Origin: an uncultured Actinomycetes bacterium
GTDB taxonomy: Bacteria > Actinomycetota > Acidimicrobiia > IMCC26256 > PALSA-610
Direction: 5' to 3'
Assembly: GCA_963837155.1 (NCBI GenBank)
Contig: CAWIMB010000002.1
Location: forward strand, 151,144 to 215,143
Length of the DNA stretch: 64,000 nt
Numbering within the stretch: position 1 is the stretch's first letter; each line of letters starts with the position of its first letter. Below the pieces are notes generated by a model. The model saw only the letters and a program-made list of their open reading frames with translations, did not search any database and had not been told where the DNA came from. The translations under genes and the position numbers were made by a program. This document shows, piece by piece, positions 48,186 through 57,774 of this stretch.

Positions 48186-48559
48186 GTGCCATTCGTCCAA
48201 CGAAGGAACAGATCTTCGAGCTGATCAACGCGCCCGACGAAGGCCCGGTCGTGATGCTCAATCTGTTGAAGTTCAAGCCACGCGAGGGCGCCGGTGAATA
48301 CAACAAGTACGGCGATTCCGTCGTACGAATGGTCGAGGCGACGGGTGGCAAGGTGCTCTGGATGGGCAAGGTCGACCAGACGCTGATCGGCCCCGTCGAC
48401 GAGGACTGGGATGCGATCGCACTCGTGCAGTACCCGAGCCGCAAGGCGTTCATCGAGATGACGTCGACCAAGGACTACGACGCCGCACACGAGCACCGCG
48501 AAGCCGGGCTCGAACGCACACTCCTGCTCGCGTGCACGCAACGAGCCGGGACGCTGTAG
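48182..48559 (+). CDS. DUF1330 domain protein
   Basis: GTG at 48182 (GTGA overlap) inside ORF 48077..48559: PVVMLNLLKFKP...ALVQYPSRKAFIEM. Confidence 0.75.
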   Translation: MSAIRPTKEQIFELINAPDEGPVVMLNLLKFKPREGAGEYNKYGDSVVRMVEATGGKVLWMGKVDQTLIGPVDEDWDAIALVQYPSRKAFIEMTSTKDYDAAHEHREAGLERTLLLACTQRAGTL

Positions 48560-50160
48560 TGGGGCGCAAGATCCTCTTCATCACAACAGACCAGCAGCGC
48601 CACGACTCGCTGGGGTGCAACGGCGGCACGATCGCGCGCACACCGGTTGTCGACGGGCTCGCGGCAACCGGCATCAACTACAAGCGCGCGTACAACCAGA
48701 ACACCGTGTGCATGCCGGCCCGGTCGACGATGCTCACCGGCCAGTACGTGCGTACGCATGGCGTGGTCGCCAACGGCGTGCCCCTCCCGGCCGACGCGCC
48801 GAGCGTCGCCGCGTACCTCAAGGAGAAGGCCGGCTACCACACCGCGTTGCTCGGCAAGGCGCACTTCGAGCCCGGCTTCGACATGAAGCTCGAGTGGCCC
48901 GAGAACTTCATGTCCGAACGCGGGCTCACCGGCCCCTACCGAGGGTTCGAACATGCGGAGCTCGCGGTACACGTGCCGACCGTCGGCAAGCGCGCGCTGC
49001 AGCATTACGGGAGGTGGCTCGTCGACACCCACGGCATCGAGGCGGCCAAGGGCTTCTCGCCGTTGCTCGCCGCCGAGCCCGGCGGTGACACCAATGCACC
49101 CGAGACCCGCGTCAACCCGATTCCTCGCGACTGGTACCACACCGATTGGGTCGCCGATCGCACGATCGCGTACCTCGACTCGCTTCCGGACGACGCCGAC
49201 TGGTTCGTGTGGATGTCGTTCCCGGACCCGCATCACCCGTGGGATCCGCCCGCATCAGAACGACACCGTTGCGACTGGCGCGACCTTGATCTGCCGCCCG
49301 GGCATCCCGGCTCGAAAGAAAACATCGAGCGCGTCCTCGCCCAGAAGCCCGCGCACTGGCTCGCATTGTGGGAGGGCTCGTTCGTCAACGCCGAAGGCGG
49401 ACCTGGTTCGTACCGTCCGCAGAACGTGAGCGACGACTCGTTGCGCGAGATCAACGCGATGGTCCACATCATGAACGAGATGATCGACGACGCGTGCGGG
49501 CGCGTGATGCGTCGCATCGGTGAGCGCGGGTGGGACGCGGACACCGACGTCTTCTTCACGACCGATCACGGCGAGCTGCAAGGCGACTACGGCCTGATCT
49601 TCAAGGGCCCCTTCCACACCGATGCGCTGATGCGGTTGCCAATGGTGTGGCGGCCGGCGCCAACCGCGGGTGTCAGCACAGCAGAGGTCCGCGAACCGGT
49701 CGGACAGCTGGATCTTGCACCGACCTTCTGCGAGATCGCGGGCGTCAAGCAGCCGGAGTGGATGCAGGGCGCGCCGTTGCCTGTTGCCCCGGGCAGCGGT
49801 CGCGAACGTGTGCTGTGCGAATGGGACTCGCAGTTCCCCGGCTACGGCATGCACCTGCGAACCATCTATCGCGACGGCTGGCTCTGCACCGCGTATGAGC
49901 CTTCGACGATCGGCGAACCGAACGGTCTCGAGGAGTTCTTCGCCGCGACCGGGATGTTCGGCGGTGGCATCGGCCCGCGCAGCTCGGTCGCCTATGACGG
50001 CACCGAAGGCGAGCTCTACAACGTCGACGACGACCCGTATCAGTGGGAGAACCGCTGGGACGACGCTGCGTCAAAAGCGTTGAAAGAAGACCTGGTCGCG
50101 GATCTCTACGACAGTCTTCCCCGGGAACGCAACGTCCTGAAGGTGGAGCGCCCGGCCTAA
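48559..50160 (+). CDS. sulfatase (Cys-type)
   Basis: GTG at 48559 inside ORF 48532..50160: ILFITTDQQR...CMPARSTMLTG. Confidence 0.88.
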   Translation: MGRKILFITTDQQRHDSLGCNGGTIARTPVVDGLAATGINYKRAYNQNTVCMPARSTMLTGQYVRTHGVVANGVPLPADAPSVAAYLKEKAGYHTALLGKAHFEPGFDMKLEWPENFMSERGLTGPYRGFEHAELAVHVPTVGKRALQHYGRWLVDTHGIEAAKGFSPLLAAEPGGDTNAPETRVNPIPRDWYHTDWVADRTIAYLDSLPDDADWFVWMSFPDPHHPWDPPASERHRCDWRDLDLPPGHPGSKENIERVLAQKPAHWLALWEGSFVNAEGGPGSYRPQNVSDDSLREINAMVHIMNEMIDDACGRVMRRIGERGWDADTDVFFTTDHGELQGDYGLIFKGPFHTDALMRLPMVWRPAPTAGVSTAEVREPVGQLDLAPTFCEIAGVKQPEWMQGAPLPVAPGSGRERVLCEWDSQFPGYGMHLRTIYRDGWLCTAYEPSTIGEPNGLEEFFAATGMFGGGIGPRSSVAYDGTEGELYNVDDDPYQWENRWDDAASKALKEDLVADLYDSLPRERNVLKVERPA

Positions 50161-50172
50161 GTCCCTGTGTGG

Positions 50173-50988
50173 TCATCGGCGGCGGAGGTGCGCGGTCTGC
50201 GTCGCGATCGCGCACAGCTGGCCGCGTTCATCCCACAGACGTGCAGGTCCGGTCGCGTAGCCGTCGCCGATGTGCCACGCCTCGATCTCTTGCAACACCC
50301 ACGGCGTCGCGGGTGTGCGAACGAACCGGATCCCGATCTCCAGTGAGAGCGACATGAAATGGCCGTGCGCGTCGTGTGGCCCGAGCGCGCGGCCGACCGC
50401 GGGCCCGAGCACGTCACCGTGTACCGCGAGCGTCAGCCGGTCCGGTTCGCCTTCGAGGAGACGGACCCACGAGAGGAACTGACCCTTGCCGGGGTCGTCG
50501 AGCGGGCTGACCGGCCGCCATGCCGTCTGCTCGTGGAAGTTGATGCGGCCGAACGGGTTCGGGCGTTCGGGGTCGGGCGGCAACGGTGCGTCGGCCGGCA
50601 TCGGCACCTCGGGGAACCGCACCTCTTGATGAGCGAGATCGGTGTCGTGCGCCGTGCCGAACACCCCGTGCACGCGCAGGGCGGGCCCGTCGACGCCGTC
50701 CACGCGCAGATCGGCGGCGACCTGCGATGCGCGGCGGCCGTCGCGGAGTACGTCGACGTCGATCGTGATGGGACCGGGTGGAACTGGGGCGAGAAAGATC
50801 GCGTTCGCGGTGACGAGGTCGAGGTCGGAGCGGTCGAGTGCCTCCTGCATGGCGCGCAGCGCGGCGTACATCGAGACGCCGCCGAAGACGTACCCCACCT
50901 TCCAGGCGTCGGGAAGGTTGGCGTGAAAACGCCCGGGCCGGGCGGGATCGGGCGTCAGCGTCGTGTCCGCACGCAGGTCGTGGGGCAT
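50173..50988 (-). CDS. acyl-CoA thioesterase-like hotdog protein
   Basis: ORF 50173..50988. Double-hotdog layout similar to 40268..41101. Confidence 0.65.
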   Translation of the reverse strand: MPHDLRADTTLTPDPARPGRFHANLPDAWKVGYVFGGVSMYAALRAMQEALDRSDLDLVTANAIFLAPVPPGPITIDVDVLRDGRRASQVAADLRVDGVDGPALRVHGVFGTAHDTDLAHQEVRFPEVPMPADAPLPPDPERPNPFGRINFHEQTAWRPVSPLDDPGKGQFLSWVRLLEGEPDRLTLAVHGDVLGPAVGRALGPHDAHGHFMSLSLEIGIRFVRTPATPWVLQEIEAWHIGDGYATGPARLWDERGQLCAIATQTAHLRRR

Positions 50989-51010
50989 CGAATCAGCCTA
51001 CGCTGCCGCC

Positions 51011-51559
51011 GTGGAACCTCGACTGAAGCCGCTCCCTCGCGAGAAGTGGGACGACGAGACGCGCGCCATCCTCGGTGATGGCGATCCGACGCTCAACATC
51101 TTCGCGACGCTCGCGCACCATCCGAAGTTGATGAAGCGGTGGCTCGTCTTCGGCAATCACGTGCTCGCCAAGAACACGTTGGCGCCGCGCGATCGCGAGT
51201 TGTTGATCCTACGCACCGGCTGGAACTGTCGCGCGCCCTACGAATGGGGCCAGCACGTCGCTGTCGCGCGCATGGTCGGCGTCACCGACGACGAGATCAC
51301 GCGCGTCACCGAAGGTCCGGGTGCGGCCGGGTGGGCACCGCGCGACGCGCTCCTCGTGAAGGCAGCCGACGAACTGCACCGCGACCAGACGCTGTCGGAC
51401 GCGACGTTCGGATCGCTCGCCGAGCACTACGACGAGCGCGAGTTGCTCGACATCGTCTTCACCGTCGGCCAGTACCACCTCGTGTCGATGGCGCTCAACG
51501 CGTTCGGCGTCGAACGGGATGACGGTGTTACCGGCGTTCCGTTCCCCGTACCGTCATAG
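51011..51559 (+). CDS. carboxymuconolactone decarboxylase (AhpD-like) family protein
   Basis: GTG at 51011 inside ORF 50963..51559: RTGWNCRAPYEWGQH...VGQYHLVSM. Paralog of 19427..19957. Confidence 0.75.
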   Translation: MEPRLKPLPREKWDDETRAILGDGDPTLNIFATLAHHPKLMKRWLVFGNHVLAKNTLAPRDRELLILRTGWNCRAPYEWGQHVAVARMVGVTDDEITRVTEGPGAAGWAPRDALLVKAADELHRDQTLSDATFGSLAEHYDERELLDIVFTVGQYHLVSMALNAFGVERDDGVTGVPFPVPS

Positions 51560-52415
51560 CGCCCTCGACATTCGCCCCGAGTTCGCGGACGCGCTGCGCG
51601 AGCGTGCGATCCGAGGTCACGACGGTGAGCGACGCGGGATCGCGATCGCGCCCGACCTCTTCGACGATGCGGTCGTCGGCTGCGTCCCTTCCGGCGCGTT
51701 GCGCGTACGCGACGAGCACGCCGTCGTGCACGCCTTCGGGAAGGCCGGGGATCGCGCGGCCGTCGAGGACGACGGCGATCTGGTCGCCGGTTTGCGCAGC
51801 CCGGGCCTGCAGGTCGTCCACCAAGCGCCGCGCCGCGCCCTCGAGGTCGCGCCACCAACCGTCGGGGCGGCTGCCGATCACGTTGTTGCCGTCGACGATG
51901 AGCCGCCGCCGGGCCTCCGGTGCCACGAGGTGATGTTCGCCCGCGCGCGCCCGTGTGGACGAAACGTGAGTCAGATCCTCGTCGATGTCCAGCAGCTCGG
52001 CGTCCTCGACGTCGAAACCCGGACGCGGTACCACGAGCACTCGTGGCAGAGCGGCGACGGCGGCGTCGCGTGCGGAGACGTCGCCGCCGTACCACGCCGG
52101 GTCGCGCACCTGCGCCCACTTGTCGGCCCCCATCACGACCGCGTCGGAACCACGCGCAATGTCGGCGATGAACTGATCGTCGGTGACGGCCACCGCGAGC
52201 CACGGGCGGGCGCGCGCGGCGCGCTCGATCGCGGCGACACGCTCCGCAAGCGGAAGATGTGCGCCGCGTTCCTTCCCGAGCGCCGACCGCGACAGGACGA
52301 GATCGACGCGATCGAGCGACGCGCGGTGCACGGCTGCTTCCGCGATCGCGAGGTGCGCGATCGTCAACGGGTCGAACGAGCCGGGATAGACCCCCGTGAG
52401 ATGGCGCGCAGTCAC
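51528..52415 (-). CDS. fusion protein: NMN/NaMN-adenylyltransferase-like nucleotidyltransferase + YacP/Rae1-like NYN domain
   Basis: GTG at 52415 (GTGA overlap with the nrtR-like stop) inside ORF 51528..52574: [10 protein letters not shown] and VSSTRAR motifs, then [17 protein letters not shown]...VVTSDRTL. Confidence 0.7.
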   Translation of the reverse strand: MTARHLTGVYPGSFDPLTIAHLAIAEAAVHRASLDRVDLVLSRSALGKERGAHLPLAERVAAIERAARARPWLAVAVTDDQFIADIARGSDAVVMGADKWAQVRDPAWYGGDVSARDAAVAALPRVLVVPRPGFDVEDAELLDIDEDLTHVSSTRARAGEHHLVAPEARRRLIVDGNNVIGSRPDGWWRDLEGAARRLVDDLQARAAQTGDQIAVVLDGRAIPGLPEGVHDGVLVAYAQRAGRDAADDRIVEEVGRDRDPASLTVVTSDRTLAQRVRELGANVEGAMTVRGTERR

Positions 52416-53178
52416 GGCCGGAGGATCGGCGGGTGCAGCTGCATGGCGGGGCCTCGGCGGTATAGGGCGGCGGGGCGGCCGTCGGTGGGGGCGGTCCGGC
52501 CGGTCGGATCGACGAATCCCGGCGTCGACAGCACCTTGCGCCGGAAGTTGCCTTCGTGCAGTGCCTGCCCCCACACGGCTTCGTACACGCGCCGCAGCTC
52601 GCCGAGGGTGAACGGCTCGTCGAGGAACGCGGTGGCGAGCGTTGTGTACTCGAGCTTGGCGCGCGCCCGTTCGACACCGTCAGCGACGATGTGAGCATGG
52701 TCGAAAGCGAGCGCTACGCCGTCGTCACCGCCGATGCCTTCGATCGCGAGGTCGTCGACCGCCCAGAAGCGCGCGGTCGGCCGCGTCCGAGCCGGCGACC
52801 GCGAGCTCGTTGTGCGCGGTGAACCCGACGTAGGCGACCGAGACGACGCGGCATGCGCGGGTCGCGGTCGGGCGCGCCGTAGGAACGGAGCTGCTCGATG
52901 TGGCCGAGCCCATGGCCCCCGCCGGCGACGAGCACCCCTGTCTCCTCGGCGAGCTCGCGGCGCGCGGCATTGTCGAGGTCGTCGCCGGGCTCGACAAAGC
53001 CGCCCGGCAAGGCCCAGTGCCCGCGGTACGGGTGGCCGTCGCGCTGGACGAGCAGCACCGACAGGCGACCGGCGCGCACGGTCAACAGCACGACGTCAAC
53101 CGTGACCGCGACGTGCGGGTACTTGGCAGGGTCGTACGAGGCGAGGAACTGGGCCTCGCCCTGGCGCTCGCCGGTCAT
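52412..53178 (-). pseudogene. nrtR: NrtR-like regulator (Nudix domain + C-terminal winged helix), two 1-nt insertions as assembled
   Basis: Nudix box [24 protein letters not shown] is in ORF 52714..53178. The sequence continues as [25 protein letters not shown] in a second frame. It then reads ARFWAVDDL...LAFDHAHIV...[12 protein letters not shown]...[15 protein letters not shown]...NFRRKVL in a third. Extra C near 52850 and near 52775. 767 nt minus 2 gives 255 codons. Confidence 0.75.
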
Positions 53179-53732
53179 CGGACATCGATACCCGCGGCGC
53201 GCATCCGCTCCAGTGCGTCAGCGGTCGTGTCGGCGGCCACACCCGCGCAAAAGCGAGTGTCGACCGTCGTTTGGAAGCCCGCCCTGTGGGCATCGAGCGC
53301 GGTTGCCAACACGCAATGGTCGGTCGCGATCCCGACGATGGTGACTTCGGTGACGTCGTGTGCGCGCAGGTATTGCTCGAGGGTCTTCCCGCGTTCTTGC
53401 GCGGGATCGGCGCGGCCCTCGAACCCCGAATACGCGGCGGCGTGGGCACCCTTGTAGAACACCGCTTGTATCAGCTTGGTATGCAACGCCGGATGCCACT
53501 CGGCTCCCGGCGTATTCGCAACACAGTGGCGCGGCCACGTGTCGACATAGTCGGGCTCATCGGAGAAGTGCGATCCGGGATTGACGTGGAAGTCCTTGGT
53601 CGCAACGACGACATCGAACCCATCGGTGAGCTCGTTGATGCGCGCCGCGGCCGCCGCGCCCCCATCGACGGCGAGGCTCCCACCCTCGCAGAAGTCGTTT
53701 TGCACATCCACGACGACCAACGCGTGTGTCAT
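53175..53732 (-). CDS. pncA: nicotinamidase/pyrazinamidase
   Basis: ATG at 53732 inside ORF 53175..53876: VVDVQNDFCEGGSLAV...VATKDFH...WPRHCV...IVGIATDHCV. It looks very similar, from memory, to mycobacterial PncA. Confidence 0.92.
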   Translation of the reverse strand: MTHALVVVDVQNDFCEGGSLAVDGGAAAAARINELTDGFDVVVATKDFHVNPGSHFSDEPDYVDTWPRHCVANTPGAEWHPALHTKLIQAVFYKGAHAAAYSGFEGRADPAQERGKTLEQYLRAHDVTEVTIVGIATDHCVLATALDAHRAGFQTTVDTRFCAGVAADTTADALERMRAAGIDVR

Positions 53733-55058
53733 CGCAGGCTCCCTTCTTGCAAGACGGCGCGCAACGCAGGTTCTCCGGGACCCAGGTCCAGCGCGGACGG
53801 CGGCAGTTCGGCGTGTGCGGCGCGGTGATGGACGTGCGCGGCAACGAGTGACGAGGGGGACGCCTCGCCCTGCCACACGATCGGATGTTGCAACGGCCGG
53901 GCGCCCGGCTGTGCGACCTCGCCGATCGTCAGCAGCTCGGCGGTCGCGTGTCCGTCCGAGCCGAGCACGCGAAACGCCGTCTTGCGGTGTCCCTGCGTTG
54001 CCTTGCCCGGGCTGCGTTTGGAAACCGCGTGGAGGGGAGCATCGGCACCGGGCGCATCCGCAACGGCGACGAGCTTGTACACGAAACCGGCTGTGGGATG
54101 ACCCGATCCGGTCACGAGCCTCGTGCCGACGCCGTACGCGTCGATCGGGGCCCGGCCCGCCGGGTCACCCTCGAGGGCGTCGATCGCGTACTCGTCGAGA
54201 TCCCCGGACACCACGATGCGAGTGCGCCGTGCGTCCAGCGCGTCGAGCAACGAGCGCGGCTCGCCGCGCTTCCTCGGGAAGGTTGCCGGAGTCGATGCGT
54301 ATCGCGCCCGGGCCCTCGAAGCCGAGCTCGCGCGCGGCGGCAACCGCGTTGCGTATCCCCGTTTCGAGATCGAACGTGTCGACGAGCAGGGTCGTGTCGC
54401 CGCCGAGCGCGCGGAGTTGGGCGAGGAACGCCGTGGTCTCGTCGCGGTGCGCGAGCACGAACGCGTGCGCGGCAGTACCCGTGGTAGGTATGCCGTAGCG
54501 GCGGCCGGCTTCGAGGTTCGACGTGCCGTGGAAGCCGGCGAGGTATGCCGCCCGCGCGGCATCCACCGCGGCATCCTCGTGCGTGCGGCGTCCGCCCATG
54601 TCGACGAGTTGTGCGTTGCGCGCCGCGACCGACATGCGTGCCGCCGCGGATGCGATCGCACAGTCGTGATTGAGGATCGAGAGCACGACGGTCTCGAGCA
54701 GCACGGCTTCGCCGAACGTTCCTTCGACCCGCACCACCGGCGAGCCGGGGAAGTACGTATCGCCTTCGGCGTAACCGATGACGTCGCCCTCGAATCGGTA
54801 GTCGGCGAGCCACGCGCGTGTGTCGTCACTGACGATCCGCGCGGTCGCGAGATGGGCGAGCGCCTCGGTGTCGAACCAGAAGCGTTCGATCGCGGCGCCG
54901 AGCCGGCCGGTCCCCGCCACGACGCCGTACCGACGGCCCACGGGCAACGCGCGGGCGAAGACCTCGAAGACCGCCCGATGGGCCGCGACTCCGGACCGGC
55001 GCGCCGCGTCGAGCATCGTCAGCTCGTAGTGATCGGTGCGCAGGGCGGTGCTCTCCAC
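53729..55058 (-). pseudogene. pncB: nicotinate phosphoribosyltransferase, frameshifted as assembled
   Basis: The N-terminal two thirds are in ORF 54165..55298 (LRTDHYELTML...GTAAHAF...IRIDSGNLPEEARRA). The rest is in ORF 53729..54829 (RSLLDALDARRTRIVVSGDLDEYAI...). Span is 1330 nt = 3n+1, with the shift near 54255-54262. Confidence 0.85.
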
Positions 55059-55130
55059 GAGCGGTCCCTTCTGCTCGGGTTGAGTATAAGGCGGTGCCCC
55101 GTTTCGGTCACCCCTCGAGCGGGCGCCTCC

Positions 55131-55144
55131 CAAACGAACGTTTG
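55131..55144. promoter_or_regulatory. palindrome CAAACG-AA-CGTTTG in the pncB/TetR divergent spacer
   Basis: 6+6 bp inverted repeat 19 nt upstream of the TetR ATG (55163) and 73 nt upstream of the pncB GTG (55058). The regulator is unknown (TetR or NrtR). Confidence 0.35.
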
Positions 55145-55162
55145 ATAGGGTGCCTCGATACC

Positions 55163-55753
55163 ATGGCGGACCAGCGCAAACGCATTCTCGAAGCGACGCT
55201 CGGGCTGATGGCCGACTACGGCGGGAGCGGCACCAGCATGCGTGCAGTCGCCGCGGCCTGCGACTGCAATGTGGCGACGCTCTACCACTATTTTCCATCG
55301 AAGCACGACCTGCTCCAGGACGCGATCGCCCATCGGCGCGCCGACGACCTCCTCACCCACCCGTTCCCCGAGGGCCTCGCGGGCAGCGTCGAGGACCGCC
55401 TCGCCGCGCTGCTCGACCATCTGTTCGTCGGGATGACCGCCGACGCCGACCTGTGGCGCGCGTTGCTCGCCGAAGCGATCCATGGCGATGACGACGTGCT
55501 CGAGCCGCTACTCGAGACCGCAGCCGCGTTCGAGCTCGCGCTCGCCGGTTGGCTCCGCGACTTGTGTCCGGAAACGCCGGCACTGCACGACGACGCAGTC
55601 GTGCGCGCGATTCGCAACGCCGTGATCGGCGTGCTCGTCGAGCATCTGCCCCAACCCGATCACCGCCGTGCCGCGCTGGAGGCGCGGGCGAGAGAGCTGG
55701 CGAGCGTGTTCGCGCGCGTCGCCGCCCGATCCGGAAGCGAGGACGACGCATGA
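55163..55753 (+). CDS. TetR/AcrR family transcriptional regulator
   Basis: ATG at 55163 inside ORF 55094..55753: TSMRAVAAACDCNVATLYHYFPSKHDL. Confidence 0.85.
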   Translation: MADQRKRILEATLGLMADYGGSGTSMRAVAAACDCNVATLYHYFPSKHDLLQDAIAHRRADDLLTHPFPEGLAGSVEDRLAALLDHLFVGMTADADLWRALLAEAIHGDDDVLEPLLETAAAFELALAGWLRDLCPETPALHDDAVVRAIRNAVIGVLVEHLPQPDHRRAALEARARELASVFARVAARSGSEDDA

Positions 55754-56949
55754 CGACAACGCCGGCGCCGCCGTTCGAGATCGACGCGCTCGACCCCACG
55801 TTGTACGTGCGGGGCGTCGCGCACGACGTCTACGCATGGATGCGCGAGCACGATCCGGTGTATCGCGACGAGAAGAACAACTTGTGGGTCATCACCAAGT
55901 ACGAAGACGTTTCTTACGTCGAGCGGCATCCCGAGCTGTTCTGCAGCGAGAAGGGTGTGCGGCCGAAGGGCGGTGGTGCGGATTCGCTCTCGATCGTCTC
56001 CATGGACGATCCCGAGCACGCCCGGCAGCGACGCATGGTCAGCCGCGGCTTCACGCCTTCGCGGATCAATCAGCTCATGCAGCACATCCGCGAGCTCGCG
56101 CGCGAACTGATCGACAACGTGGCGGCGCGCGGCGAGTGCGACTTCGTTATCGACATCGCCCGACCGTTGCCGTTGATCGTGATCGCCGAGATGCTCGGAC
56201 TGCCGGTCGAGGATCGCGAGCGCCTCGCGGACTGGTCGGACACGATGATGGCGGCCGAAGGTGCGGAGGAGGACGAGCCCCGCATCCAGGTTGCGGCGGA
56301 AGCGTGGTCTGAGTACGTGACGTACCTGGATGCCTTGCTCGAAGACCGGCGCGCCCACCCTCGCGACGACCTCATCTCGGTCCTGCTCTCGTCCGCCGAC
56401 GCCGACGAACTGACCGGCGAAGAGGTGATGTCGTTCCTGGTGTTGCTGTTGGTCGCCGGCAACGAGACCACGCGCAATGCACTCTCGGGCGGCATGCTCG
56501 CCCTGACGACGTTCCCCGAGCAGCGAGCCCGGCTCTCCGCTGATCTGTCGCTCGTGAACAGCGCGACCGAAGAGATCCTGCGCTACGTGTCGCCGGTGAT
56601 CAGCTTCTCGCGCACGGTCTGCGCGGACACCGTGCTGCGAGGACGGAAGCTGCGCGAAGGCGACGTGCTGCTCAACGTGTACCCGTCGGCCAACCGGGAC
56701 GCCGACGTGTTCGACGATCCCAACACGCTTCGCATCGACCGCGAGCCGAACCTGCACCTCGCCTTCGGGACCGGACCGCACTTCTGCCTGGGCGCGAACC
56801 TTGCCCGCACCGAGATCCGGATCCTCCTCGAGGAGCTGTTCACCCGCCTGCCGGACGTGCGTGTCGCCGATGGCGCCAGTGCGCAACGCGGACCGAACTC
56901 GCTGGTGACGACGATCCAGCACCTCCCGGTCGTGTTCACCCCCGCCTAG
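55750..56949 (+). CDS. cytochrome P450
   Basis: ATG at 55750 (ATGA overlap) inside ORF 55549..56949: AGNETTRN, EILRY, FGTGPHFCLGANLA. Confidence 0.92.
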   Translation: MTTTPAPPFEIDALDPTLYVRGVAHDVYAWMREHDPVYRDEKNNLWVITKYEDVSYVERHPELFCSEKGVRPKGGGADSLSIVSMDDPEHARQRRMVSRGFTPSRINQLMQHIRELARELIDNVAARGECDFVIDIARPLPLIVIAEMLGLPVEDRERLADWSDTMMAAEGAEEDEPRIQVAAEAWSEYVTYLDALLEDRRAHPRDDLISVLLSSADADELTGEEVMSFLVLLLVAGNETTRNALSGGMLALTTFPEQRARLSADLSLVNSATEEILRYVSPVISFSRTVCADTVLRGRKLREGDVLLNVYPSANRDADVFDDPNTLRIDREPNLHLAFGTGPHFCLGANLARTEIRILLEELFTRLPDVRVADGASAQRGPNSLVTTIQHLPVVFTPA

Positions 56950-57774
56950 GAGTCGCGGCCCGGGATGCGGCGAAGCCGCCCTCGGCGGTGGCGAATCCGA
57001 CCGTTCTTGAGGTAAGGATTGCGACGGCAGTCACTCGGTCGCCGCCTTCGTCGCGTACCTCGACCCGGCAGACGTGACCGTCGGAACGGGTCCCGAGCAC
57101 GCGCGCGTGGCGCGCACCGGGCCGACCCGGTTGGGCGCGAGGAAGTGCAGCACGACGTCGGTTGTGACGCCTCCGGTTGCGTGCGCCGCAGCCATGTCCA
57201 CCAGCGTTGCGACCACCCCGCCGTGCACGATGCCCCACGGATTGCGGAGCTCCTCGCCGATGTCGATCTGGACCGCGTCGGGCCCGACCGTGCGCACGCC
57301 GAGCCATTCCTCCAGGTGCGCGAGCCCGGGCGGGGGCGCGCCCGATTCCATGACGAACGGGCGGCGGTGGTGTGGCGGCCCGCCCTCCGGCACGAGGATC
57401 GCGGACGTGAGCACGCCGTCGGCGACGAGCGCGCCCGCCGCGCCTTCGTCGTGCATCCGCACGGCGGTTACGACGTTGTTGCGGCCGCGCCGCAGCACGT
57501 CGGCCTCGATCCGCAACGGTCCAGTCTGCGCGAGCGCGATCGTTCGGGCCGTGAGATTTGTCGACACGACCCAACCGTCGGGCAGGGCGGCGAGGCCGGC
57601 GCAGATCCCGCCGACGTTGTCGAGGAGCGTGAACAGCGCGCCGGCGTGGACGCCGCCGTGGGGGGCGCGCAGGTGTTCCAACGCGGGCGCGCGCCCGACC
57701 ATGCGTCCGTCCTCGCCTTCGCGAAGATCGACACGGACGTAGCGCGACACGTCCCGGCCGTCGTAAAAGTTCAC
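56936..57774 (-). pseudogene. double-hotdog PaaI-like thioesterase, frameshifted near the C-terminus as assembled
   Basis: ORF 57031..57774 has HAGALFTLLDNVGG and HGGVVATLVDMAAA. The tail continues as ARVLGTRSDGHVCRVEVRDEGGDRVTAVAIL in the frame of ORF 56936..57574. Span is 839 nt = 3n+2, with the shift near 57098-57108. Confidence 0.65.
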
